From the IMG/VR virus record IMGVR_UViG_3300046535_002009, positions 32,001 through 96,000 of that record: DNA of 64,000 nucleotides; one strand, written 5' to 3'. The DNA comes from a virus. The notes beneath the pieces were generated by a model that searched no databases, was not told the DNA's origin, and saw only the letters and a program-made list of their open reading frames with translations. Shown in pieces: positions 40,255 to 50,566 of this stretch (positions are counted from its first letter, which is position 1; each line of letters starts with the position of its first letter). Made by a program: the position numbers and the translations under genes.

Positions 40255-40988
40255 CGGACGATCCCGGCCGCCCGGGCTGCGGCGAGCCAGGTCGGGTATT
40301 CGGCGAGGAGCCGGTCGTAGAGGTCGGCGTCGGTCATGCGGCGGGGGTTGCGGCCGACGGCGAAGAAGCCAGCGTTGTCGACGGTGCGGCCGCGCATGGT
40401 GTCGAGGCCGCGGAGGAACGCGAACTCGCCTGATTCCTGGGGGCCGAAGCCGATGAACTGCCAGAAGATCGGCAGGTTGCTGGCCTCGCGGAGTACGAGC
40501 TGGGTGTCGGCGGCGTCGGTGCAGGCCCCGTCGGTCTGGAAGATGACGAACGCGGGCGTGGTGCTTCCGCGGTGGGCGTCCATGACCTTGCGCATGGCGG
40601 GCGCGTAGCGGGTGCCGCCCCAGGTGATGCCGCCGGTGCGGCGGAGGTTGTCGACGGCTCCGCGGTGGGAGCCGATTCTGACCTCCATCGGGTCGTAGGC
40701 GCGGCTCTGGAAGAACACGACGGGGACGGTGCCGTCGTCGTCGAGGTTTGCGGCCAGGCCGAGGCTCTGCTCGGCGAGGTGCTGAACGTCGCCGGCGGCG
40801 TAGTGGTCGTCCATGGAGCCGGAGTGGTCCAGGACGAGGTAGACGTCGGCGTGTTCGGTGTTGAGGCCGCGCTTGGTAAGGGAGACGCCGGCGGCCTTGA
40901 CGAGGCTGACGAGCTCGGGGGCGTGGTCCTGGATGGTGTCGGGGGTGATCGGGGTGGGGCTGGCGGTCTTGCGGCTGAACAGGCCCAT
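40251..40988 (-). CDS. vWA domain protein (TerF-associated vWA type)
   Basis: MIDAS LVLDHSGSM, GGTRYAPAM, FVIFQTDG, PIFWQFIGFG, VDNAGFF. Confidence 0.88.
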   Translation of the reverse strand: MGLFSRKTASPTPITPDTIQDHAPELVSLVKAAGVSLTKRGLNTEHADVYLVLDHSGSMDDHYAAGDVQHLAEQSLGLAANLDDDGTVPVVFFQSRAYDPMEVRIGSHRGAVDNLRRTGGITWGGTRYAPAMRKVMDAHRGSTTPAFVIFQTDGACTDAADTQLVLREASNLPIFWQFIGFGPQESGEFAFLRGLDTMRGRTVDNAGFFAVGRNPRRMTDADLYDRLLAEYPTWLAAARAAGIVR

Positions 40989-41014
40989 GGCGGGGTGTCC
41001 TTCGGTGGGGAGGG

Positions 41015-41899
41015 TCACGCGGCGCGTGTGCGTCGGCGGAGTTTGCGCTCGCGGGCCGCGTCGCGGACGGCGCGGCGGCAGCGCGGGCACGTCGGTGTGC
41101 CGATCTGGGTGTGGTCGTAGTAGCCGCCGGGGGTGCCGCAGCGGGCGGTCCAGTCCGGGGCGGCGGCGGGGTCGTCGATGGTGTCGTCGTCCCAGGCGAG
41201 GGGGACGGCCCAGGCGTGGCGGGCGGCGATGGCAAGGGCACCGGTGCGGTCGCGGGTGCGGACGCCGTGTTCCGCGGGGTCTGCGGCCCACAGCCGGTCG
41301 TACAGCTCGTGGACGAGCCGGGCCCGGCTGGAGGTGACACGGGGTCGGCGGCCGTGGGCGAGGTGCCACAGCTCTTCGCCGTGGGTTCCGCCGAGCCGGG
41401 CGAGGACGCGGATGGGCCAGCCGGAGGCGACGAGCGCCTGGACGCGCCGTCGGGAGCCGGTGCCGTCGACGACGGCTCGGCCGCCGGGCGGCACGCGGGG
41501 GATGGCGACGGAGCGGACGGCCCGGGCGTTCTCCTCCCGCATGCGGACCGAGGGCCGTTGGGCGCCGGCGCGAACGAGGAGTCGGCGCACGACCTTCTCG
41601 CTGACGGCGGCCTGCGCTGCGATCTGCTGGTAGGTCATGCCGGCGCGGACGAGGGCCTGCGCGTGGAGGCGGACGGGCTCCGCGGAAACGTAGGGCTGCC
41701 AACGGCCGTAAGCGACCTGGCGGCGCTTGGTGGCGGACCACGCGGTGGAAGCGAGCGTGCAGCGGCGGCAGCGGCAGCCGTGGTGGGTGTAGGTGGAGTG
41801 GCGACCGTGGGTGAGCTGTTCGGTGGGGTTTCCGCCGGTGACGGTGAGGGTGGAGTTGTCGGTCACTGCGGTCGCCTCTCGGTGGTGCGGGTGGTTCAT
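41015..41899 (-). CDS. Phage DNA-binding protein, paralog 1
   Basis: HG...Y...GCRC..C; HTH; GSRRRVQAL..GWP; PLAWDDDTIDDP. Confidence 0.75.
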   Translation of the reverse strand: MNHPHHREATAVTDNSTLTVTGGNPTEQLTHGRHSTYTHHGCRCRRCTLASTAWSATKRRQVAYGRWQPYVSAEPVRLHAQALVRAGMTYQQIAAQAAVSEKVVRRLLVRAGAQRPSVRMREENARAVRSVAIPRVPPGGRAVVDGTGSRRRVQALVASGWPIRVLARLGGTHGEELWHLAHGRRPRVTSSRARLVHELYDRLWAADPAEHGVRTRDRTGALAIAARHAWAVPLAWDDDTIDDPAAAPDWTARCGTPGGYYDHTQIGTPTCPRCRRAVRDAARERKLRRRTRAA

Positions 41900-43176
41900 G
41901 CAGCAGCTGCGGTTGTGCGCGTCTCAACGGAGCGGCACCGGGCGCAGAGCGGGGTGCCGGTGAGCCGGTGGAGTGCCGGTCCGCGTGGTCGGCCGCAGTG
42001 GCCGGTGGAGTCGGGGCTGGCTGCGGGGTCGTCGATGGTGTCGTCGTCCCACGCGAGGGGGACGGCCCACTCGGCCCGGGTGGCCCGGTCGCGGGCGAGG
42101 GCCGCGCGGTCGGCGGGCACGCCGTGCCGGGTCGGGTCCTGGTCCCAGAGGCGGTTGTAGAGCGCGGCCACCGATTCGTTGGAGGTGAATGCCGGGTTGT
42201 CGCCCAGGAGGTTGGTGCGCAACTCGCTCGGCGGGCAGCCGAGGCGGGCGGCGAGGTGCGGGATCGGCCAGCCGCCGAGGACCAGGGCCTGCAGGCGCCG
42301 CTGGGAGCCGATCGCGGAGAGCGTGCGCGACGGCCGCTCGGGCTCGGGCTGGCCTGGCCGGACCGCCATGAGCTTCTGGGCGTTGGAGGCCCGGAGCTGC
42401 TTGGCGGGTTGCCGGCCGGAGCACGGACGGCCGTAGATGAGGTACTCGACGGTGCCGTGGCTGACGCCGGCGGCGCGCGCGATGGCCTTCGCGCTCATGC
42501 CGCCGGAGCGAAGGAGTTCGACGTGGGCGCGCGCCGGTTGTGCGTCGACCATCGTGGGGCGGCGCGTCTGTGCGGCAGCGGCGGGGGCGGCCGTCCTCAG
42601 TGGGGCGGGCTCTGCGGAGGCGGAGCGGCGTGACTCCTGGTCACGGGTGGACCGGCAGACCTCGCAGTACCGGACGGTTCCGTCGTCGCGGAAGCGGCCG
42701 TGGACGGCCAGGTCGTGGCCGTGCTTGCAGCGTTCGACCCGGCGGCGGATGCCGCGGACCTCTGCGAGGACCTGGCGGCACTTGTGCCGGGTCTCGAAGT
42801 CGTCCATGTGGTCGGGGGAGATGCAGGCGCGGTCACCGCAGCCGGGCCGTGTGACGCCGGTGGGCCAGCGGCCGTGCCTGATCTTGAAAGCGACACGGCG
42901 GGCCGTGTACTCGCGGCCGGCATGCCGCAGAATTGGGCTGTTGTCGGCGTTCGTGGTGGGACCGGCCCAGTACCGGTGGCCGTCCGGCCCTTCCTCACAG
43001 AGCGCCCACCACGCCGCTTCGAGGGTCGTAGTGGTGCGGTGGCTGACGGGCAGGCCCATGTCGGCGCGGAGCGCTGCCACCGACGTGGCGTGGGTGCGCA
43101 GATGGCGGGCAACGGACCGGTTCGACCATCCGGCCGCGATCAACTCTCGGGCCTGCTCGGCCTTCTGCGCCTTCAC
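41896..43176 (-). CDS. Phage DNA-binding protein with HNH-like region, paralog 2
   Basis: HTH; CGDRACISPDH; CKHGH; GSQRRLQAL..GWP; PLAWDDDTIDDP. Confidence 0.75.
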   Translation of the reverse strand: MKAQKAEQARELIAAGWSNRSVARHLRTHATSVAALRADMGLPVSHRTTTTLEAAWWALCEEGPDGHRYWAGPTTNADNSPILRHAGREYTARRVAFKIRHGRWPTGVTRPGCGDRACISPDHMDDFETRHKCRQVLAEVRGIRRRVERCKHGHDLAVHGRFRDDGTVRYCEVCRSTRDQESRRSASAEPAPLRTAAPAAAAQTRRPTMVDAQPARAHVELLRSGGMSAKAIARAAGVSHGTVEYLIYGRPCSGRQPAKQLRASNAQKLMAVRPGQPEPERPSRTLSAIGSQRRLQALVLGGWPIPHLAARLGCPPSELRTNLLGDNPAFTSNESVAALYNRLWDQDPTRHGVPADRAALARDRATRAEWAVPLAWDDDTIDDPAASPDSTGHCGRPRGPALHRLTGTPLCARCRSVETRTTAAAA

Positions 43177-43973
43177 TCCTGTGCTCCCTTCCAGCTGGCG
43201 GCCTTCCAGCGCTCGATGGTTCGTTCGGCGACGCCGACGCGCGCGCCGATGGCGGCCGAGGTGAGTCCGCGGCGGTGGAGGCGGCGTGCCTCCGCGATCC
43301 GCTCCGCGCGGGTGGTGCCCTCCTCCGCGGGCACCTCGGCCGGGTCGGGCTCGGCGGTGTCCGGACGGGCAGCCGGGTCGTCGATGTCGGCGCCCCACGC
43401 CAGGGGCCCGTGCCATCCGGCTCTGGCGGCCTTCATGCGGGACCGGGTCGAGGGTCCAGGTACCAGCGCCCACTGCCGGTAGAGGGCTGTGATTGCCCGC
43501 GCGGTGTCGATGTGGACCCGGGGGTTCGGGCGCTGGTTGGGGATGCCGTTGGTGATGCGGCTGATCGACGTCTCGTCGATGGGCAGCCGGCTGGCCAGCA
43601 GCGGGCGGGTGTAGCCGAAGGCGATGAGCGCCCGGAGGCGGCGTTGACTGCCGGTGGCGTCGACGAAGAACGTGACTGGCGTGTTGGGGAGTTGTGCCTG
43701 CTCGATGCGGCGGGCAACGCTCCGGTGAGTGGTGGGGTTCTCGTTGTTGGCCAGCTCGGTGATCTGCGAACGTGCGACGCCGGTCGCTTCGGCGATGGCG
43801 CTGACGGTGTGGCCGGCGTCGACCCAGGTCCGCACGCGTTCGACGGTGGGGCCAGCAGGGATGCGCCGCTTGCCCTCCTTCGAGGTCCTGTATCGCCATG
43901 ACTTGCAGTAGCGGCGGTTGTACTCCCGAGACCGGCCGGTGGCAGGGGCGGGCGCCTGCTCCAGGACGGTCAT
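43173..43973 (-). CDS. Phage DNA-binding protein, paralog 3
   Basis: GSQRRLRAL..GY; PLAWGADIDDP; terminal HTH. Confidence 0.75.
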   Translation of the reverse strand: MTVLEQAPAPATGRSREYNRRYCKSWRYRTSKEGKRRIPAGPTVERVRTWVDAGHTVSAIAEATGVARSQITELANNENPTTHRSVARRIEQAQLPNTPVTFFVDATGSQRRLRALIAFGYTRPLLASRLPIDETSISRITNGIPNQRPNPRVHIDTARAITALYRQWALVPGPSTRSRMKAARAGWHGPLAWGADIDDPAARPDTAEPDPAEVPAEEGTTRAERIAEARRLHRRGLTSAAIGARVGVAERTIERWKAASWKGAQE

Positions 43974-44737
43974 GCTGCCGTCCCCTCGCGGCCGGAGCCG
44001 GCGGCGCGCGGCCCAGCGGCCGGGTCGTCGATGTCCGACCCCCAGGCGGAGGGCGGCAGCCACCCGCGCTGGGCCGCCCGCTCCCGCGTGCGGGAGGAGG
44101 GGCCCGGGATGTCGGTCCACTGCTCGTACAGGTCCCGGATCTCGGCTGCCCGGGCGATGTTGACGAGCGTGGTGAACCCGGTCGCGTACCGGCTGATAGC
44201 CCCGGGGTTCGTGCCGAGGGCCGCGGCGATGGACTCCAGCGGATACCCGACGGCCTGGAGCGCCTGGATACGGCGACGGCTGCCGACGGCGCTGATGTGA
44301 CCCGACCCTTCCACGACCGGCGGATTCGGCTCGGCGCCGGCCACGGGCCGTGCGATCGCCGTCAGTTCGATGACTCCGCTGGCCATCGCCAGCGCGACGG
44401 CGTGCGCCCGGCAGGTCGCTCCGCTCACCTGGTAGAAGCGGTGCAGGTGGGACTTGATCGTGTTCTCGGTCAGGCCCATCTGCCGGGCGATCTGGGCGTT
44501 GGAGAGGCCGTTCGCGGCGCCCGTGAGGATCAGCCGCTGCTGGTGTGAGGCCTCCCCGGAGCGCAGGCGGCAGGAGGCCTCCGGGCCGAGGTCCGGCTTC
44601 GCGGCCCGGATCACCGCAGCGCTCAGGATGTCGGCGTGCCGGACGGTGATCGGCAGGTCGTGGGTGTCGGCGGCCTTCAGCATCGCGCCGTGGATCCGGC
44701 GCTGCATGAGGCCGTAGCCGCGGGGCGCCGGGATCAT
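43970..44737 (-). CDS. LuxR-type HTH fused to the same repeated domain, paralog 4
   Basis: GLSNAQIARQMGLTENTIKSHL; GSRRRIQAL..GYP; PSAWGSDIDDP. Confidence 0.75.
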   Translation of the reverse strand: MIPAPRGYGLMQRRIHGAMLKAADTHDLPITVRHADILSAAVIRAAKPDLGPEASCRLRSGEASHQQRLILTGAANGLSNAQIARQMGLTENTIKSHLHRFYQVSGATCRAHAVALAMASGVIELTAIARPVAGAEPNPPVVEGSGHISAVGSRRRIQALQAVGYPLESIAAALGTNPGAISRYATGFTTLVNIARAAEIRDLYEQWTDIPGPSSRTRERAAQRGWLPPSAWGSDIDDPAAGPRAAGSGREGTAA

Positions 44738-45291
44738 GCCGTCACCTCAGGGATGTCGGGCCACACGGCGCGCTCGATGGCGACTCGGTTGACCTGCGGT
44801 ACGACGGTCAGGGGCTGACCCAGCCAGTCGAGTCCGGCTGCCATGAGCGCGACGGCGTCGGCACGGTTGTCGTTGCCTGCCGTCTCGAACTGCGGCCAGC
44901 GGCGGGCGACGGCGTCGATGACGGCTCCCTTGTCGCCGCTGCCCTTGCCGCAGGCGTACTGGGCGCGCTGCCGCGGGTCCATGAGTCCGATCGGGACACC
45001 GTCGTCGCTCAGCGCGTCGTAGAGCGCCCACCAGAGCCAGCCGCGCTCGTGGGCGCCGCCGGCCGAGCGTGACAGGGCCGCGGTCTCCATGACGACCAGG
45101 CGCGGGTGTCCGACCGCGAGGAGGATCTCGTCCCGGACGTTGCGCATCGCGGTACGCCGCAAGCCGTGGGGGATCTTGGTGATGGGGTTCTTCTTGTCGG
45201 TGTACCCGATGGTCCTCGTCCAGCCGCTGGAGGAGGCCAGGCCGGTCGCGGTGAGGGACGGGTCGAGTCCGACGACGGTGAGGGCCTCCAT
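44734..45291 (-). CDS. ruvC: RuvC-like Holliday junction resolvase
   Basis: VVGLDPSLTATG, LVVME, YACGKG..DK, DNRADA. Confidence 0.85.
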   Translation of the reverse strand: MEALTVVGLDPSLTATGLASSSGWTRTIGYTDKKNPITKIPHGLRRTAMRNVRDEILLAVGHPRLVVMETAALSRSAGGAHERGWLWWALYDALSDDGVPIGLMDPRQRAQYACGKGSGDKGAVIDAVARRWPQFETAGNDNRADAVALMAAGLDWLGQPLTVVPQVNRVAIERAVWPDIPEVTA

Positions 45292-46401
45292 CAGGCACCG
45301 CCGACGAGGGAGAGGTGCCGGCCTTCGGCGGCGGTCCAGCTGCGAGGCGGCTCGTTCGCCGGGGCGTGGACGACCTTGATCACGGGGATCTCGATGGTCT
45401 CGGCCCGGGACCGGTCGAGCGCGCGCAGCGTCGCGGCCAGCTCGTCGGCGAGCTGCCTGTGGGCGATACGCACCTGGTTGTTGTCGAGGCGGACGTCGAG
45501 GAGCTGCCGGAACTGGCTCTCGATGAGCTGATCGGCGCCGGCCAGGCGGTCACGCAGGACGCGGCAGTCGGCCCGGGCGGCGTCGCGTTCGACGGTGAGC
45601 TGGGCAATGCGGTCGTCGGCACGGTGCCGGCCGCAGGATGCGTAGGGGTTGAGCAGGCGCCGGAGCGCGGCAGGGAGCTTCATCACGGGTTCCTGGTGGT
45701 GGAGCAGTGGTGGCAGGTCATGGCCCCGTTCCGGTGCAGGAAGTGGGGCTGTTCACCGGGGCAGGTGCCGGTGCAGGGCGCGAAGGCCGAGGCGAGGGGC
45801 CAGCCGGGGGCGACCGGCCTCAGGCCGTGCGCCCGCTGTGGGAGGGCCGCCGCGGTGAGCAGCGCGGCGGCCAGCGCCCGGACGGTGGTCATGCGGCGGC
45901 TGTGAGCGGCGCGAAGTCGGCGTCGATGTTGGCCTGCTGGAGGAGGTGGACCTTCTCCTCCAGCTGCGCGGAGTGCTCGCGCTCCCGGCGGAGCTCGGCG
46001 GCGAGCCGGACGCTCTCCGGGGTCGGCTGGGCCGGCCGTACCGCGCGGTCCGCGCAGTCCTCGCGGTCGTCGATGATGCGCTGCAGGGCGGCGGCCGTGC
46101 TGGCCAGGCGGACGATCTCGGCCCGGTACCGGGCGCAGGCCCGGGCGAGCCGGCCGATGCGGTGCCCGTACCCGGCGGCCTTGTTCCGCAACTCGTCGAC
46201 GTCGTACGACGCGAGGACCTTCTTGGTGATGAGGGAGCGGGCGTTGTCCCGCTCGTCCGTCACCTGGTTGATCCTGCGGGTGAGCTGTCGCCCGAGGGAC
46301 CGGGCGGTGTCCCGCTCCTCGGTGACCTCTGTCAACCGGTCGCTGAGACGCGCGCAGCGGTCCTCCAGCTCGGCGATGCGGCGGCGGTGCTTTCCGAACA
46401 T
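45291..46401 (-). other. Coiled-coil and small phage genes (45291-45686, 45683-45892, 45889-46401)
   Basis: Overlapping ORFs. Confidence 0.6.
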
Positions 46402-46411
46402 GGGAGCCTCC

Positions 46412-46669
46412 TCAGGCAGCAAGATCGGTGGGGGTGGACAGGTCGGCCGTGAAGGCGAGCAGGCCACGCTGCATCGCGATGGCGACGGCGTGCGGGGTGG
46501 TCCTGGCTCCCAGGCGGCGGCGCATGGTTCCTGCCTGGGTGCGGACGGTCTGGTGCGACACGCGGTGGAGTGCTGCGACCTGGCGGAGGGTGAAGCCCTC
46601 GGCGAGGCCGTGGAGTACCCGCATCTCGGCGACGGACAGCTCACCGGGCGGGATCGGGTACGTGCTCAC
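46412..46669 (-). CDS. Stand-alone LuxR-type HTH
   Basis: LSVAEMRVLHGLAEG...VA....VS..TVRT. Confidence 0.8.
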   Translation of the reverse strand: MSTYPIPPGELSVAEMRVLHGLAEGFTLRQVAALHRVSHQTVRTQAGTMRRRLGARTTPHAVAIAMQRGLLAFTADLSTPTDLAA

Positions 46670-47508
46670 GCTGCCGTCTTCTCTTCCTCGGCCGGGACGA
46701 GTGGCCAGCGGCCGTCGATCACGGCGTGGGGGTCGCGGCTGGCGCCGGCCTTCGGGCTGCGCAGGTAGGCCTCGAAGGACGTGGCCTGTTCGATGGCCCA
46801 GTGGACCTGCCGGGCGTGCAGCTCCTCGGCGGTGATGCCGCCGACCTCGTCGAACTGCTCGCTTCGCTCGGCCCGGACGAAGTCGGGGCGCTGGATGCGG
46901 GGCTTGGACCCGATGGCGCCGATCTTCCAGGCGATCTGCCAGGCCTTCAGCGCGTCGTACTCGGCGCCGTGGGCGGCTTCCTCGTCCCAGGGGAGGTCGT
47001 AGACCGCGGCGAGGGTGCGGAGTTGGCGGGCGCCCTGCTCCTTGGAGACCCGCTTGCGGTACGGCAGGACGTGCTTGTCGAGGACCATCGTGTCGACGAC
47101 CGGGCCGAGGGTGCGGCCGAGGGTCTCGACGAGGCCGGCGCCGGTGTGCCGCCTGGCCTCGTGGTTGAGGAGGTTGAGGTCGTAGCTGCCGATGTTGTGG
47201 CCGACCAGGACGATGCCGGAGCGGACGGCGTCGAGGACGGCGGTCACGATCTGGGGTACGGCTTCGTCGGCGGGGGTTCCGTGCTCGGCGAGGTAGAAGC
47301 CGGTGAGGCCGTGGACGGCGGCCGCCGCGTCGGGCATGGGCACGCCCGGGTTGACGGTCCAGGTGTGCTTCGCCGGGGGCTGGTTGCCGCCGATGAGGAT
47401 GAGCGCGGCCTGGGCGATCCGGTCCTTGGTGACGTCGGTGCCGGTCGTCTCAAGGTCGAAGGCGGCCATGCGTCGGGTGTGCCAGGCGGCGGGTCGGTAG
47501 GTGTTCAC
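46666..47508 (-). CDS. DEDDh 3'-5' exonuclease (DnaQ-like)
   Basis: FDLETTG, VGHN..YD, VDT..LD, AHGAEYDA. Confidence 0.9.
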   Translation of the reverse strand: MNTYRPAAWHTRRMAAFDLETTGTDVTKDRIAQAALILIGGNQPPAKHTWTVNPGVPMPDAAAAVHGLTGFYLAEHGTPADEAVPQIVTAVLDAVRSGIVLVGHNIGSYDLNLLNHEARRHTGAGLVETLGRTLGPVVDTMVLDKHVLPYRKRVSKEQGARQLRTLAAVYDLPWDEEAAHGAEYDALKAWQIAWKIGAIGSKPRIQRPDFVRAERSEQFDEVGGITAEELHARQVHWAIEQATSFEAYLRSPKAGASRDPHAVIDGRWPLVPAEEEKTAA

Positions 47509-47673
47509 GGGGCCCCCCTTTCGGTGGAGGGTCGGGCGGGGCCGCCGCCGCGCGGCGGGGCGGCGGCCCCGAAGTTCAGCGGGGCGGGTGGTGCTTTCCG
47601 AGGAGGAGAGCGGCGAGGGATACGGCGGCCCAAGCGACGACGAGCGCCCAGAACACGGTCACGGCGGTGTCGA

Positions 47674-48690
47674 TCACTCGGCACCGTCCGGCTCTTCGGT
47701 CGGCCAGTCCTCGTCGTGCTCCTCGATGACCTCGGCGTCGATCGCGCCGTCGGCGTCGGGCTCCGGCTCCCCCGCGGCGGGCTTGCCCCGACGCTCGGAC
47801 TCGGCCTTAACCTCGGCGGCTCGGCGCTTCAGCAGCTCCTTCAGCTCCGGAGTGAGGTCGCGGTTGCGGTCGGCCAGGCGCCAGGTGTCCTGGACGTCCT
47901 CGACGTGGAGGGCAGCGGCGGCCAGGGCCACGTAGTCGGGCCGGGCGGCCTCCAGGGCGAGCCGGGGCGCAGCCGAGGGGTTGAGGGCGATCTCGGTGGG
48001 GATCGGCCCGGACAGGGCCTGGCGCGGGGTCAGGCCGCGTACCTCCACGACCACGACCGGGAAGTGCTTCGTCTTGCCCTCGGCGACCCGCATCCGGGGC
48101 TCGATCCGCATCGTCACCGGGACGAGGCCGCGACCGCCGGTCCCGGCGAGGACCATGTCGACGGTCCCGGCCATCTCACTCGCGGCGTAGAACGAGTGGG
48201 TCTCGCAGAGCCAGGTACCCAGGCCCGGGACGTCCGGCAGGACGACGGAGATCCGGGTGGTCGCCGAGCACACGGTGCCCTTGGGCCGCAGGTGCCAGTC
48301 CTCGCCGCACTCGGCGGCGCAGAGGCACGGCCTGCGACTGATCAGCTCGGTCTCGCCGTTGCACCGCCGCTGGCAACCGCCCTTGGTCCAGAGCTCGTTG
48401 TACTGGGACAGCGGGTCGCCCGGGGGCAGGAGCGCATCGACCTGCTCGGCGTTGGTGATGAGCCGCCACTGCTCGGGCCCGTTGCCCTGCGGCTGCCAGC
48501 GGGTCACCTTGCCGCCCCACAGCTCGGCGGCGACGTGGAGCTTCTCGTCGGTATGGCTGGTCAGGACCCAGGTCTTCGACTTGACCGGGACGGGCCGCTT
48601 GCCCGGGTCCTTGTGCGGCACGGACCACCCGGTCCGCATCTTGCCGAGGGTGACGGCCCGGCGCTGCGTGTTGAGGATCCGGCCGCCCAT
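47674..48690 (-). CDS. Phage recombination protein (Gp3-like 'recombination directionality factor' family)
   Basis: LGKMRTG, SQYNELW..GGCQRRCNG, C..TTRISV.LP..PGLG.W..ETHSFYAA.E; follows the exonuclease. Confidence 0.65.
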   Translation of the reverse strand: MGGRILNTQRRAVTLGKMRTGWSVPHKDPGKRPVPVKSKTWVLTSHTDEKLHVAAELWGGKVTRWQPQGNGPEQWRLITNAEQVDALLPPGDPLSQYNELWTKGGCQRRCNGETELISRRPCLCAAECGEDWHLRPKGTVCSATTRISVVLPDVPGLGTWLCETHSFYAASEMAGTVDMVLAGTGGRGLVPVTMRIEPRMRVAEGKTKHFPVVVVEVRGLTPRQALSGPIPTEIALNPSAAPRLALEAARPDYVALAAAALHVEDVQDTWRLADRNRDLTPELKELLKRRAAEVKAESERRGKPAAGEPEPDADGAIDAEVIEEHDEDWPTEEPDGAE

Positions 48691-49523
48691 CACGCCGCCT
48701 TCAGGAAGTCGGGCTCCGCGGCCTCGGGAGGCAGCAGCGCGGGGTGCGAGCCGGGGAGTTCGTGGAGCCACTGGGTGGTGACCAGGGCGCCGCGGAAGGC
48801 CCGCCAGGCGGCCTTGTCACCGGGCATGTCGACGAGCGCGTGCGAGCGCTGGCGCAGGTTGAGGATGCCGGTGCGCTGGATTGCGGGGACCGGCTCGGAG
48901 GTGTCGTCCGGGAGGATCACGACCTCGCAGAAGCGCAGCGCCGCGAGCTGCATCGCGAACTCCGGGTAGACGCTCTTGGCGGGCCGGGTGGAGCTGGTCT
49001 TGAAGTCGATCAGCCACAACTCCCGGCGGCCGCCCGGGCCGGTCGGCAGCCAGATCATGAGGTCGGCGGTGCCCGCGTAGCCCAGGGTCCGGTGCATGCA
49101 GGTGATCTCGGTGGAGACGACGTCGCGGGTGATGTCGACACCCCACGCGGTCATCCACTTCACGAGCTGCCGGGCGTACGACTCCACCTCCGGGTCGGCC
49201 GGGTGGGGCGTGCCGAGCATGATCGCCTGCGCCCTGAGGTGGACGCGGCTGCCCAGGTCGGCAGCCCGCTCGCGGACGTCGCGGTGGACCTGCTTGATCT
49301 CCCGGACGAGCTCGGCCCGATCGGTGATCGCCCGGCGGGCGACCATGATGCGGCGCTCCAGCATCCACTCGATCGTCTCCCGGACCGCCCAGGGCATCAG
49401 CGCGTGGTGCTTGGAGACGGAGGAGTCGATCACGTTGGTGACGCTGACGAGGTCGGGGCCGCCGGCCGGGTCGGAGTAGTACCGGCCGTTCTCGGTGTCG
49501 CGGGCGAGCCTGGGATCGGTCAC
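48690..49523 (-). CDS. PD-(D/E)XK exonuclease (RecE/Cas4-like)
   Basis: SVTNVI, GSRVH, E......GYAGTADL, LIDFKT, QLAAL. Confidence 0.85.
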   Translation of the reverse strand: MTDPRLARDTENGRYYSDPAGGPDLVSVTNVIDSSVSKHHALMPWAVRETIEWMLERRIMVARRAITDRAELVREIKQVHRDVRERAADLGSRVHLRAQAIMLGTPHPADPEVESYARQLVKWMTAWGVDITRDVVSTEITCMHRTLGYAGTADLMIWLPTGPGGRRELWLIDFKTSSTRPAKSVYPEFAMQLAALRFCEVVILPDDTSEPVPAIQRTGILNLRQRSHALVDMPGDKAAWRAFRGALVTTQWLHELPGSHPALLPPEAAEPDFLKAA

Positions 49524-50323
49524 AGGTCTACCGCCCCGTTCTTCTGCAGCGGCAGGTAGCGCAGCGGCTGGACGCCGTCGAGCGGGGCCGCGAAGGCGCG
49601 GTTGGACCGACGGGCCTGGCGTCGGTCGCGGAGTTCGCAGACCACCGCGGCGATCCCGGCGAGGCCGAGGATCAGCACGCCGGCGATCAGCAGGCGGGTG
49701 TTGTCGTTCATGCGGCCACGGCCTCGGTCGTCACGAGCCCGGGATAGACGGCGGCGTCGGAAGAGAGCCGGAGGTCAAGCGGGACGTCCATCCAGCTGGC
49801 GCGCAGGTGCACCTGGACGCGCGGTCCGTTGGCGCCCTGGATCCGCAGGCGGTCAACCGTGACGGCGCCGATGCGCCGCTCGAACCAGGCGATCGCCTCG
49901 CGGGCGTCGTCCTCGGCGGTGGTGCCGAGCAGGCCCTCGAAGTTGGGGTCGACGTGCCAGGTGAGGCGCGGTGCGCCGGGGAGCTGCAGGAGTGCCACGA
50001 GGGCCAGGGCCTGACTCGTGTCGGTGCGGTGAGTAGAGTTGGCGGGCATGGCCTGCCTCCCTGTGTGAACGGTCGGGTGTGGTGGGCCGGGGCCGTCCCC
50101 CTGGTTGCGAGCCGGGGACGGCCCACTTCGGGCCCTATGCCGCCGTGAGCTGGGCGGTCTGTCGTGCGGTGCGCTTGGCCATCACTCGCTCCATCGCGGG
50201 GGCGAGGACGGTGCGGAGTTCGGCGAGGAGTTCGGGCGTGGGCGGCGGAGCTGCTGCAACTGCGCAGCGAATTTCGGCCACAGTCGCTTCGCCGAGTAGG
50301 GCGAGTCGCTGAGCCCTCGTCAC
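49520..50323 (-). other. Small genes after cro (49520-49711, 49708-50049, 50135-50323)
   Basis: RBSs and overlaps. Confidence 0.6.
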
Positions 50324-50535
50324 TTCGCTTCTGCCGATGCGTAGTAGTCGTCCAGCTTCTGCTTGTACGCGTCGGCGATCTTTCGGACGGTGGCCGTCGT
50401 GGGCTCGGTCTTGCCCCGCAGAAGGCGGCTGACGTGCCCACGATTAAGGCCGGTGCGTCGGGCGATGAGGGTTGCGCTGGTGTCACCCGCACCCTTGGTG
50501 GTGTCCCGGAAGAGGGCGCTGTCGAAGTCGGACAT
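50320..50535 (-). CDS. Cro-like HTH protein heading the leftward early operon
   Basis: IARRTGLNRGHVSRLLRGKTEP; GGGAGGTG RBS. Confidence 0.82.
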   Translation of the reverse strand: MSDFDSALFRDTTKGAGDTSATLIARRTGLNRGHVSRLLRGKTEPTTATVRKIADAYKQKLDDYYASAEAK

Positions 50536-50566
50536 AGGTCACCTCCCTGGGCGTTGCCCCAGTGAC

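Noticed and set aside
46726-48969. 747-aa plus-strand ORF and similar long antisense ORFs (e.g. 51875-53329, 22520-24010)
   Set aside because: Lie opposite genes with clear motifs; long open antisense frames are expected at this GC content
48690-49523. Cas4 gene or CRISPR system
   Set aside because: No repeat-spacer array or other cas genes seen; context fits a phage recombination exonuclease
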